Positions 1-10,194 of a stretch of 32,000 nucleotides of DNA are shown here, piece after piece (the stretch's first letter is position 1; each line of letters begins with the position of its first letter). The notes beneath the pieces are model-generated. The model was not told where the DNA came from, made no database searches, and saw only the letters and a list, made by a program, of their open reading frames with translations. Position numbers and translations under genes: made by a program. The DNA is from Wallemia ichthyophaga EXF-994 (lineage: Eukaryota; Fungi; Basidiomycota), in NCBI RefSeq assembly GCF_000400465.1, contig NW_008806274.1, positions 390,244 to 422,243 of the forward strand, in the 5' to 3' direction.

Positions 1-143
1 GGTCGAGGTACTTGTTGTGATCTACTCAACCGACCAACGAAAAGCTCAGTGTAGGGATCCTCAATATATCCCTTTTGTATTGCTGACAACCTGCTTAGAA
101 TTGCATCCATATCCGTCATCCTCGTCGCATCATCACTCGTCAT
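1..143 (-). CDS. PPM1: Leucine carboxyl methyltransferase 1 (PP2A methyltransferase), N-terminal part, runs off the window edge
   Basis: Not in the ORF track. Manual translation from the ATG at 143 gives MTSDDATRMTDMDAILSRLSAIQKGYIEDPYTELFVGRLSRSQQVPRP, which matches the recognisable LCMT1/Ppm1 N-terminus (TD.DA..SRLSA...GY..DP). Confidence 0.8.
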   Translation of the reverse strand, partial: MTSDDATRMTDMDAILSRLSAIQKGYIEDPYTELFVGRLSRSQQVPR

Positions 144-195
144 AGTTCAGTGAGAAGCATGCCTCAGTCCAAACCCTCATTGACCAAAAGTGATA

Positions 196-1305
196 ATGGG
201 AAACAATTCTGACAGCTCTTTGTCACCGCCACCACCTTCTATTTCACCACCACGCAAACGGCAAAAAGGCAGCGCCACAAATAAGTTTATGTCTGACTCT
301 ACGAAGCCTCCGTCCAAATCAAAGTACAGAATACCAAAATACGTTAAAGACAATTGCGAATTTGTACAACGTTTGGATACATCGCATAAGATTGGTTCAC
401 ATTGTTCAGCAGCAGGTGGGGTATATAAGGCGGTGATAAATGCGGCTATCAACGGTTCTAATGCATTTGCATTGTTTTTGAGCAACCAAAGACAATGGAA
501 GTCGAAACCTCTATCCCAAGATGACATTGATCACTTCAATAATACTTTGATTGAACACAATTACGATAGAAGCTTGATTTTGCCTCATGGCAATTATCTT
601 ATTAACCTTGGTAATCCCAATGATGATACTAGGCAGAAATCGCTTCAGTGCTTCATTGATGAATTACACAAATGTGAACAGCTTCGATTGCCTTTTCTTA
701 ATTTCCATCCGGGTTCGACGGTTGGTTTAAGTACGGTTGAAGAATGTTGTAAGAAAATCGGTGAATCTATTTCACTGGCATTGAACGAAAGCAGGAATGT
801 CACTATCCTGATTGAAAATATGGCTGGTCAGGGATCTACGGTCGGAAAAAGTTTCGATGAGTTGAGAATGATAATAGACAGCGTCAAAGATAAATCGAGG
901 GTTGGTGTTTGCCTTGACACATGTCATCTATTTGCCTCAGGATACAATATCAGCACATATCAAGCATACTGCAACACATTCGAAAGCTTCGATGAAATTG
1001 TTGGCTTTCGCTACTTGAAAGCTTTGCACTTGAATGACTCACTAACGCCTTGTAATTCAAAGAAGGACAGGCATCACAATATAGGTGTTGGATGCATCGG
1101 GTTAAACGCATTCGAATTCATCATGAACGACGACAGGCTAACTAATATCCCAATGATACTCGAGACGCCTGCCAGTGAAAATGGAGAAGATATTTGGTCG
1201 CTAGAAATTGATCTTTTGCATTCACTTCAGCGTAAAGAAGTTAATCAAGATAAGATACACCGCTTAAGAAGCTTAATTGAGAGTTATTCGAAATTTGTAA
1301 AGTAG
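196..1305 (+). CDS. APN1: AP endonuclease, endonuclease IV family, single exon
   Basis: Motifs IGSHCSAAGG, NAFALF, PHGNYLINLGNP, FHPGS, ENMAGQG, CLDTCHLFASGY, HLNDS, DRHHNIG and ILETP. First ATG is at 196; the track starts at GTG 190. Confidence 0.95.
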   Translation: MGNNSDSSLSPPPPSISPPRKRQKGSATNKFMSDSTKPPSKSKYRIPKYVKDNCEFVQRLDTSHKIGSHCSAAGGVYKAVINAAINGSNAFALFLSNQRQWKSKPLSQDDIDHFNNTLIEHNYDRSLILPHGNYLINLGNPNDDTRQKSLQCFIDELHKCEQLRLPFLNFHPGSTVGLSTVEECCKKIGESISLALNESRNVTILIENMAGQGSTVGKSFDELRMIIDSVKDKSRVGVCLDTCHLFASGYNISTYQAYCNTFESFDEIVGFRYLKALHLNDSLTPCNSKKDRHHNIGVGCIGLNAFEFIMNDDRLTNIPMILETPASENGEDIWSLEIDLLHSLQRKEVNQDKIHRLRSLIESYSKFVK

Positions 1306-1392
1306 CTTTTGCCCTTTCTGCTGTTTTATTTCCAATTATAAATTAGTCGTATACGTCAACCATCTCTTCAACTAAAACGGTCAGGTGCTGAA

Positions 1393-2474
1393 ATGCCATC
1401 TGTCAGTATCATAATCGTTTAAGTACACGTAGGACTAATATCCATCGATATAGTATTCGGAATTGATTCAAATGGCAAAAGCCAACTCCGAGAGAGGCGC
1501 ACAGCATCTTGAAGACATGAAGAGGCACAAAGAGGAGCAAGACGAGCATGCAAGAGCTCAATCAAAACGGAAGGAGGATGAGCGGAGGCGAGCCCAAGAT
1601 GAAATCTCAAAACGGCGCAAGACAACGGAGTTACGTAATAAGGAGGTCGAAGCTGATCGCTTGAATCAACGTAAGAAAGCTAGATCTATGCAAAGCCATA
1701 GTCAAAATGTTACTAGTAGTCTTGCTTCTAGGAATAGAGCATCATCTTCCGATAAAAGTACAAAACCTGCCAAGGTGTGTACGAAATCGACTTAACTACC
1801 CATTGCTTATACATGAACAGCAACAGGAAGTACTTACCCGTGAAGAAAAGCGTAACATTAAGCAAAAGAAAGATTTCGGTGAATACGGTGCGCGACAGAA
1901 ATCGAAGTCACAACAAAAACCACATCAAGACAACTACCAATCAGGGGGTCTAATTGCACTCAATACAAAGAAGAGAGATACGAGAACAATCGAAGAAATT
2001 CAACACGATTTGAAGTCAAAGAAGAGTATTGATAATGGACACAGCAAGAGTGACACCAGACAGTCTATATCTAAGAGAAAAGCACCGTCACTGCCAGATT
2101 TATCTAAAAGAAAAACTGCTTCTAAGGACTCTAAAAACGATATTGACAGCGATGATAGCATAAGTAATGATGTTGATAGTGATGGTGGTGATGGCTATAA
2201 CAGTCATGATATTTGGAGTCTATTTGGTAAAGACAAGGCTAAGTACCTCGAGCGCGATTACGACAGTAATGAGAGTGACGCTGATATGGAAGCTACGAAT
2301 GAAGACGTTATCGATGAAGAGCTTTCAAGGTAAGCCTTAAATGTTTCAGAAGAAAAACCACAGACTGAGGCGATAATCTTAAGCTCTCGTTTTGGCAAGA
2401 AAGAAGACGAAAGGGAAGCTGCAGATTTGCGACGTCATGAACTTGAAAAAAAGCGAAGGAAGCTAAACAAATAA
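1393..2474 (+). CDS. SPT2: Spt2-family histone chaperone/chromatin protein, about 309 aa; predicted exons 1393-1401, 1454-1774, 1821-2329, 2384-2474
   Basis: Three GT-AG introns join the track ORFs into one 930-nt frame starting MPSYSELIQMAK. The C-terminus DIWSLFGKDKAKY...ESDADMEATNEDVIDEELS SRFGKKEDEREAADLRRHELEKKRRKLNK resembles the SPT2 domain. Confidence 0.8.
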
Positions 2475-3124
2475 TCACCTTATGTCTCAGTTTGCTGTCG
2501 ATTCGCACGCACGTTGTAAAGTATCTTATTCTCATCCGGGCTGGAGGTAGTCTATATAAGTTTGCAGTTGGATTTCATGCTTACTTGAGGTAGAGCCCAT
2601 GGGCTTCGAAGATTATGTTCCGCGTTAAGATGTATAACATGTGAGGGATATGCCAACATTTCAAATGAAAAAATCATGTATGTCTTATAATATCCCACCT
2701 TAATTTGTACGCTCATCATTTATTTCAACATTTATTTTACTTATGCACATGTCTTATATATAGTTCTCATGTCATATTTAAGTGGTAATAGATGAAGTTA
2801 ATAACTCACTATACAAGATCCCCTTTTCTGGGTTGACTTTTAATTATGGAATAATACTTAACGATACATCCGACATAGCGGTTCTTGATTCAGATATATA
2901 ATCAAATCGGTTAAGAGAAAAAGAATAGGACTTCAAATAATATGAGACCTTCCAGTCATACCGAAAAAACCAAAAAATCTCAAAAACAAAGTATTAAAGC
3001 ACAAGGAATTCACAGCGACTCCAGAAAACTTGTTTGATTGTTAACAAAAATTGAAGAATTTTGAAATCGAAAATAACGTTGAAAAGTAAAACTACTACTT
3101 CATCGGTATTTCAAGAAGTGACCC
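1559..3124. repeat. Inverted repeat, left arm (1,566 bp)
   Basis: Exact reverse complement of 3819-5384 in every block I compared (position i pairs with 6943-i). The track gives identical translations for 1707-2333/4610-5236 and 2308-2535/4408-4635. Identity breaks at 1558/5385 and 3125/3818. Confidence 0.97.
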
Positions 3125-3818
3125 GCTTTTTTCTATCAATTCACGTATTGAATAGATCAAATTTTATTTTAGTCATGAACTATTTTTTGATGCATATGTG
3201 AATTACACGGGGAAAAGCGCTTCTTTAAGAGAAGTGTTGTTTTGAATTGTATCGGTTTAGACATCCTGATCCACCACTGTTATGACGACTTTCCAGCTCT
3301 CAGGTAAATTTTCGCGTTCCTTTTACTCGAATGTTGTTCCCCACAAAGAATTTGATATAGATGTTTTTATTTTTTCGTAAGGTAAAAAGCATTGAAATGA
3401 CACTGTTCATCGTTTAAACTTGAGTTCAACTTTCAAAAAGTTCTGAACATTGGGATAACCTTGCATATGCAAGCCGTTTATAGAAAACTTGATGGAAGAC
3501 GTTGAGTCAATAAAGGGTTGATTGATCTTAAATAGATTATTGACAACACAAAAGTTTACAGCCAAATGTAAACGAAAAAGCGAAGAGTACTTAGCTGTTC
3601 ATAGCTGCAAGACACTCGGAACTTGAGTTTATTTAAAGGATTTTATATAGGCGAAGAAATCGCGAAAGCCTACAGCTGGTAGCTTATTTTAATGATTAAT
3701 AAGCAAACGACTACGTAAATTTTTGATAATGCAGGTCTAGGACATAAACAAATGTTGTATGGATTTGGCATCTTTCATAGTTTGCAATCCTTTACCGTGA
3801 ATCCATTTAGTAAAAAAA
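3125..3818. other. Unique AT-rich spacer (694 bp) between the inverted arms; no ORF
   Basis: About 27-33% GC on sampled lines, with frequent stops in every frame I translated. Contains the 14-bp palindrome CTTGCATATGCAAG at 3460-3473. Confidence 0.85.
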
Positions 3819-5384
3819 GGGTCACTTCTTGAAATACCGATGAAGTAGTAGTTTTACTTTTCAACGTTATTTTCGATTTCAAAATTCTTCAATTTTTGTT
3901 AACAATCAAACAAGTTTTCTGGAGTCGCTGTGAATTCCTTGTGCTTTAATACTTTGTTTTTGAGATTTTTTGGTTTTTTCGGTATGACTGGAAGGTCTCA
4001 TATTATTTGAAGTCCTATTCTTTTTCTCTTAACCGATTTGATTATATATCTGAATCAAGAACCGCTATGTCGGATGTATCGTTAAGTATTATTCCATAAT
4101 TAAAAGTCAACCCAGAAAAGGGGATCTTGTATAGTGAGTTATTAACTTCATCTATTACCACTTAAATATGACATGAGAACTATATATAAGACATGTGCAT
4201 AAGTAAAATAAATGTTGAAATAAATGATGAGCGTACAAATTAAGGTGGGATATTATAAGACATACATGATTTTTTCATTTGAAATGTTGGCATATCCCTC
4301 ACATGTTATACATCTTAACGCGGAACATAATCTTCGAAGCCCATGGGCTCTACCTCAAGTAAGCATGAAATCCAACTGCAAACTTATATAGACTACCTCC
4401 AGCCCGGATGAGAATAAGATACTTTACAACGTGCGTGCGAATCGACAGCAAACTGAGACATAAGGTGATTATTTGTTTAGCTTCCTTCGCTTTTTTTCAA
4501 GTTCATGACGTCGCAAATCTGCAGCTTCCCTTTCGTCTTCTTTCTTGCCAAAACGAGAGCTTAAGATTATCGCCTCAGTCTGTGGTTTTTCTTCTGAAAC
4601 ATTTAAGGCTTACCTTGAAAGCTCTTCATCGATAACGTCTTCATTCGTAGCTTCCATATCAGCGTCACTCTCATTACTGTCGTAATCGCGCTCGAGGTAC
4701 TTAGCCTTGTCTTTACCAAATAGACTCCAAATATCATGACTGTTATAGCCATCACCACCATCACTATCAACATCATTACTTATGCTATCATCGCTGTCAA
4801 TATCGTTTTTAGAGTCCTTAGAAGCAGTTTTTCTTTTAGATAAATCTGGCAGTGACGGTGCTTTTCTCTTAGATATAGACTGTCTGGTGTCACTCTTGCT
4901 GTGTCCATTATCAATACTCTTCTTTGACTTCAAATCGTGTTGAATTTCTTCGATTGTTCTCGTATCTCTCTTCTTTGTATTGAGTGCAATTAGACCCCCT
5001 GATTGGTAGTTGTCTTGATGTGGTTTTTGTTGTGACTTCGATTTCTGTCGCGCACCGTATTCACCGAAATCTTTCTTTTGCTTAATGTTACGCTTTTCTT
5101 CACGGGTAAGTACTTCCTGTTGCTGTTCATGTATAAGCAATGGGTAGTTAAGTCGATTTCGTACACACCTTGGCAGGTTTTGTACTTTTATCGGAAGATG
5201 ATGCTCTATTCCTAGAAGCAAGACTACTAGTAACATTTTGACTATGGCTTTGCATAGATCTAGCTTTCTTACGTTGATTCAAGCGATCAGCTTCGACCTC
5301 CTTATTACGTAACTCCGTTGTCTTGCGCCGTTTTGAGATTTCATCTTGGGCTCGCCTCCGCTCATCCTCCTTCCGTTTTGATTG
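3819..5384. repeat. Inverted repeat, right arm (1,566 bp)
   Basis: Reverse complement of 1559-3124. No target-site duplication at the outer ends. Confidence 0.97.
4469..5384 (-). pseudogene. 5'-truncated identical copy of SPT2 (lacks promoter, exon 1 and the first ~35 codons of exon 2)
   Basis: Mirror of 1559-2474, including two introns and the stop codon. First in-frame ATG is at 5255 (MQSHSQ...). Confidence 0.85.
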
Positions 5385-5692
5385 TTTGATAGAAGATTAA
5401 GAGCATTGTTCTTCCAACTGAAGCTGAATAATATCCATTATAGTAACAGAACAAACATATCATGTATTATTTCAGAGATATACTAATTTCATCTCAATTA
5501 TGTCATAAGCAGGACGTGCAGGGAAACGGCGACAATCAACTAGTCATAAAACAGGATTCATGTGAAATTTCAATCGTTATAAAGTATGCAAGATTGAAAG
5601 AAGTGATAATGTATTCATATCATGCTCAAGTGATGAGTTGGTAAGAGATTGAATTGGTATCTGATTAGAATTGTTATGCAGAATCTTGATTA

Positions 5693-7668
5693 TCAATTAT
5701 TAATTTCGTCATCTAGTGGTAGGTAGGTAAAGAGTTCCATGACAGTTTTGCCATTCCGTCTAGAAAGAATGACGCATTTCTCTTCAGTGAAAGCTAATCG
5801 CCAAATAGATTCCCCTCTTTCAGAGAGATCTCTTATACGTTTGCCGGTTTCAAAGTCCCATAGCTTAATTCTACCGTCATTCCCAGCGGAAACGATAAAG
5901 CGTTCATCGAACTGTAATGAAGTGACGGAGTTACTGTGAGCATCAATCCTATGTAGACATTCATAGTTTTCTAGGTTATAAACTATGACTCTACCATCAC
6001 TACCACCAGTTACGAGAATGTTGTCGGTTAATTGTAGAGTACCAATCAGAGCCGTATGACCTTGTAACATTGCTAAGCATTTCTTCTGAGAAGCAGACCA
6101 AATTCTAACCGTATTATCCATCGAACCAGTTGCAATTTTATCGCCATTGAAAGCGATTGAGTAAATTTGATGAGCATGACCTTGAAATGTGAACAAGCAT
6201 TCACCAGAATTTAAATCCCATAGCTTTATCAAGAGAATAAGGAAATATAAGTGGTAGCTGAGGGATAACTTACTTTACTTGTGCAGTCATAAGAACCAGA
6301 AACAATTTTATCACCAGAGACATCCAGAGATCTGACAGAATGTTGATGTCCTTGCAAGATATGAATGAGAGTACCGTTTTCGATATTCCAAACTCTAATT
6401 GTAGCATCTCTTGAACCGGAAACAGCTATCGGTTTACCAGGGATAACTTTAACACATCTAATAGTAGAAGTATGACCGGACAAAGTGTGTAAACAAAGAC
6501 CTGATTCGGCATCCCAAACTCTAACATGTCTATCGCAGCTTCCAGAGACAACAATGGTACCGTTTTGACCCCAACCTTTGACAGCTCCACAGATGGATTT
6601 ACCATCGTTAGCGAAATTATTACCTCTAAAGATTTTAGAAAAGTGCTTCCTACGCTGCTTGGAAGATGAAGACGATGGATTATTAAAATCAGTTGAATTG
6701 GATCTTTGATATTGATCATCATTCAGTTGGTTAAATGAAGTTGAAGGAAAAGAGTTATGATTTGATAGTGGAGGTCTAATAAAGTCGAAGTCAAAGCCTA
6801 AACCGAACTCTTGTTTTGGAGTGTTTTGAGTTGAAGAAGAGTGAGGGGAGGGAGGGTAATTAGAGGAAGATAGGTGAGGAATGTTAGAAACCAAGACTAA
6901 ACACCAAACACCTTGAATGTGACCTTGTAAAGCACACTTCCATCTACCAGTAGTAGCGTCAAAAATGTGAATGTTAGAGTTTGACATTCCAATAATGATA
7001 AAGTTATCATCCATGACAAGGGATGTGACTACGGCATCTTCAGGGGAGACATGAGAGGAGATAAGTCTACCGCCTTTTCTCCAATTAGATTCAGTTAAAT
7101 AGGAGTGTTTAAAATGTTTCTTGTAGGAAAATTGTTGAATAGGTTGTTGAGAGGTCCAGAAGGAATTGTCGTAGTTTAAATCCAAGGAGTTTCTCCTGAC
7201 AATAGAATTAGATCTGTAAAAATTAACTCTATGTTGTAAAGAGGAAGAAGAAGGTTTATAACGATGTTTAAAGCACATATCTTTCCAATTATTTTCATCT
7301 TCGACAATGTCTCTCCACCATTTAGAGACTTGAGAGCATCTAGCGAGGGTGTTTGGGTGGTTAATGAAAGAGAGAATATGTAAGGATAATTCAAGAGGTA
7401 GTTCCTTTAAGAAATCTCTCTTAAGTCTTGGGGCTAATAAGTTGTTGGCGTGTATAACTTGAGGGATGGAGAGAGAAGGAAGGATAAAATTCAAAGCCAA
7501 GAGTTTATCGTTGAAGGAAAGGCAATTAAATTGATTAAATATGGAAGATATGTTGTCATTAGTGTGAGTGTTATAAGAGGAGGTAGTTGGAGTAGGTGGA
7601 GTTGAGGGATTTGATCTTAAATTGTTCGATTTGATGGAGATGGGCGTTGTTGATAGGTTATCGTCCAT
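5693..7668 (-). CDS. F-box/WD40 SCF substrate receptor, Cdc4/Fbw7-like, about 641 aa; exons 7668-6274 and 6223-5693
   Basis: F-box DFLKELPLELSLHILSF...SQVSKWW and multiple WD40 repeats (SGSCDRHVRVWD, SGSRDATIRVWN, TGSMDNTVRIWS). A 50-nt GT-AG intron at 6273-6224 restores the frame. Confidence 0.88.
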
Positions 7669-7697
7669 TTCTTATAAATCAACTTTATAATAAAACG

Positions 7698-8261
7698 ATG
7701 ACTGTCAACGATCGACAGCTTAGATTAATAAAAAGTCAAAATGATTTGATAATAAAAATAAATAATAAAAATTACAAGTTTCAAATAGAGGACAGTATTA
7801 GCTTGGTTTTATTAAGCAGTTTGAGTAGTGGATGTTATAGTGATATTTTACTGGAGTGGATTGCTAGCGAAGGATTACAAGTTGAATTTAATAACAACAA
7901 TTTAATAATTTTGTTCAAGTCTTCAAATCATCAAAATATTTCAAGTGTAGATTACAAGTTGGTAGACGATGATTATAAGCTATTCCAATTGAAGCCATCA
8001 AGCGTGGCATTAAGTAAGGAAACTTCAAATGATTTAGAATTGGAAGCCAGTCTACTAATTCTATCAAATGAGTTGGTACTTTCAAATGATATTCAATCGA
8101 GTCGAGTTATGAATTACAACTGCAATTTAACTAGAGGCAAACAAATAAATATAAATCCAGCCAATCAGCTTGATAATCAATTACTCAAATTATTCTCAAA
8201 GAACAATCGGCCACCACCTACGTTTGACAGAATAAACTTCATTCAATCTAATAAATTGTAA
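7698..8261 (+). CDS. Hypothetical protein, 187 aa, no family recognised
   Basis: 564-nt stop-free frame in DNA of roughly 25% GC, unlikely by chance. First ATG is at 7698. Confidence 0.6.
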   Translation: MTVNDRQLRLIKSQNDLIIKINNKNYKFQIEDSISLVLLSSLSSGCYSDILLEWIASEGLQVEFNNNNLIILFKSSNHQNISSVDYKLVDDDYKLFQLKPSSVALSKETSNDLELEASLLILSNELVLSNDIQSSRVMNYNCNLTRGKQININPANQLDNQLLKLFSKNNRPPPTFDRINFIQSNKL

Positions 8262-8288
8262 TTGTAATTCTAGTTATAAAATTTTATC

Positions 8289-9158
8289 ATGGTATCTAAA
8301 CCCACTCACACCCACTCAAACTCGCACCTCCACCACCCACTATCAATGAACACACAAGTTATTCATAAGTCAATAAAAAGTTTAAATAATCTTATAAGCA
8401 AGGATAGTTCGAATTTAATTGAAGATGTCGACTTTTTATACTTGATTATTACTCTAAACTCAATGAAATCTCATATCAACAATAAAACTTTAAACATTCC
8501 TATAAAGAACACCCTCATTGATCCAAGATCTGATAACATTTGCTTATTGGTTAAAGATCCTAAGCAAGATTCTATCTCAACCTTAGAAAAATCTAATATC
8601 AACTTCATCTCTGAAATCGTCTCTTGTCAAGAATTGAAAGGTAAATACAAATCGTTCGAATCTCAAAGATCTTTATTCTCTCAATTCGATTTATTCCTCG
8701 CTGATGAATCTATTTTGCACTTATTACCTAGATTCATCGGTAAACATGCCTTCTCATCTAACAAACCAATTGGTGTAAATCTCAAATCAAATGACTTGAA
8801 GAATCATATTCAATCTGTTATAAACTCTACTCACTACACTCCATCAAAAGGTGTCTGTCAATCTATTAAATTCTCTTCCACAAATCACACTATAGATCAG
8901 CAAATTGCAAACTTAGAAACCGTTTTAGATCATTTCACAACAAAACTCACCAATTTAAATGAAATTAAGTCTATTAACATCAAGCTATCCTCGTCTGATG
9001 CCTTACCTATTTACATCAACGACTCCTTTAAGCCAAAGACTCCAACTGAACAATTAGATAAGAGGAAGAAGTCATCCACCTCGACAAAATCAAAGTCAAA
9101 GAAACAAATTACTGGTGATAAGTCAACAAAACCAAGTAAGCCTGTTAAATCAAATTAA
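8289..9158 (+). CDS. Ribosomal protein L1 domain-containing protein (Cic1/Utp30/RSL1D1 family)
   Basis: ICLLVKDP, LKGKYKSFESQRSLFSQFDLFLADESI..LLPRFIGK, IKSINIKLSSSDALPIY, and a Lys-rich tail. Confidence 0.88.
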   Translation: MVSKPTHTHSNSHLHHPLSMNTQVIHKSIKSLNNLISKDSSNLIEDVDFLYLIITLNSMKSHINNKTLNIPIKNTLIDPRSDNICLLVKDPKQDSISTLEKSNINFISEIVSCQELKGKYKSFESQRSLFSQFDLFLADESILHLLPRFIGKHAFSSNKPIGVNLKSNDLKNHIQSVINSTHYTPSKGVCQSIKFSSTNHTIDQQIANLETVLDHFTTKLTNLNEIKSINIKLSSSDALPIYINDSFKPKTPTEQLDKRKKSSTSTKSKSKKQITGDKSTKPSKPVKSN

Positions 9159-9174
9159 GCTATTTATCATACAA

Positions 9175-9874
9175 TCATCTTAACTTTTTCTCATTAAAGA
9201 AACCTCTCAAATGGGTTGACTGCCAGTAACATGCACCCGCTATGACTATCATCTGTAAAATTGACCAGGTTATAGTTCTCTTATTCGTCATATCTGATAT
9301 CTCCCTAAATTCTACTTCTCTATCTCTTTGGAATTGCTGCTCTTTACGAACATCAATCAGCTTTGCATTTAGATCCCTTATCCTATTAGTCAATGATTGA
9401 ATGTGGTTTAAATCTGCTGATTCATCGTGTTTAATTGCACCAATTGCCATATCCAAATGAATTCTAATTGATGGATTTCCTTGATACCAACCTGTGTTGA
9501 TTGAGCTATTAGTTGATAAGCAAACTGTATGATCTCCAGCGAGGTGTGAAGTGAACATAAATGAACCTGTGGAAGGACCTTTACTATTAACAACCGGGTG
9601 CTTCTCCTCAGTCTCTTCAACTTGAATCAAAACACCAATATCATTGGCAGTAACCCATTCTTTAGTCTGTAAATTGAATTCTTCTGCTTTGTATTTACCT
9701 GTGGAACAATATATGTCACTACATAATCCAATCACAAATGCCAGACACACCACTAACAAGAGTATCAGCTGGCACCTCTTCTAAGAAGCATTTACGATCA
9801 TTGCTATCCATGTAAAAGTGCAAGCCATAAGATAATTGGAACATTGCTACTAAAATTAAAATCAATTTCATCAT
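9175..9874 (-). CDS. p24/emp24/gp25L cargo receptor, alpha subfamily (Erp1-like), 215 aa; exons 9874-9751 and 9698-9175
   Basis: Signal peptide then LHFYMDSNDRKCFLEEVPADT, GOLD domain (FTSHLAGDHTVC), REVEFR, a transmembrane segment and a C-terminal KKLR ER-retrieval motif. 52-nt intron at 9750-9699. Confidence 0.9.
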
Positions 9875-10194
9875 CGTTGTATGTGTGTGTATCGATTATT
9901 GGGCAAGCCCTGGGTTACAAAAGCCGAAAAAAAAAAAAACCATTGCTCCCTCAAAACATCTTTGTGATTGCTTGAATCTTTAGTACTACATCACATTACG
10001 ATATCATTCCTTGAGATGTTAGGATTCATCTCAGCGACTGTTTTATAGGGCTTTGTCAGCCCAGCTGTTTCGTTATTGCTTTCTAAAATTTAAGTAGAGC
10101 AAAAGCTCCTAGACATGTGTGCTGCATAAATAATGGATTAGTACTTATTCATTATACTCACGCCCAACGTCCATCATCCATCATCACCAGCATA

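Noticed and set aside
3125-3818. Flip-flop mating-type switch like Ogataea/Komagataella, whose repeats also include gene fragments
   Set aside because: The spacer has no homeodomain, HMG, pheromone or receptor ORF, so inversion would not swap any visible gene.
2703-4240. Protein-looking frame through the arm and spacer if TAA/TAG were read as Gln and TGA as Trp (alternative code, NUMT/plasmid, or RIP-decayed gene)
   Set aside because: I counted about 19 stops in about 370 codons, close to random expectation for DNA this AT-rich. All three stop types occur and no family motif is recognisable.
1559-5384. Foldback or TIR DNA transposon
   Set aside because: The left arm is continuous with the intact SPT2 gene, there is no target-site duplication at the outer ends, and no transposase is present.
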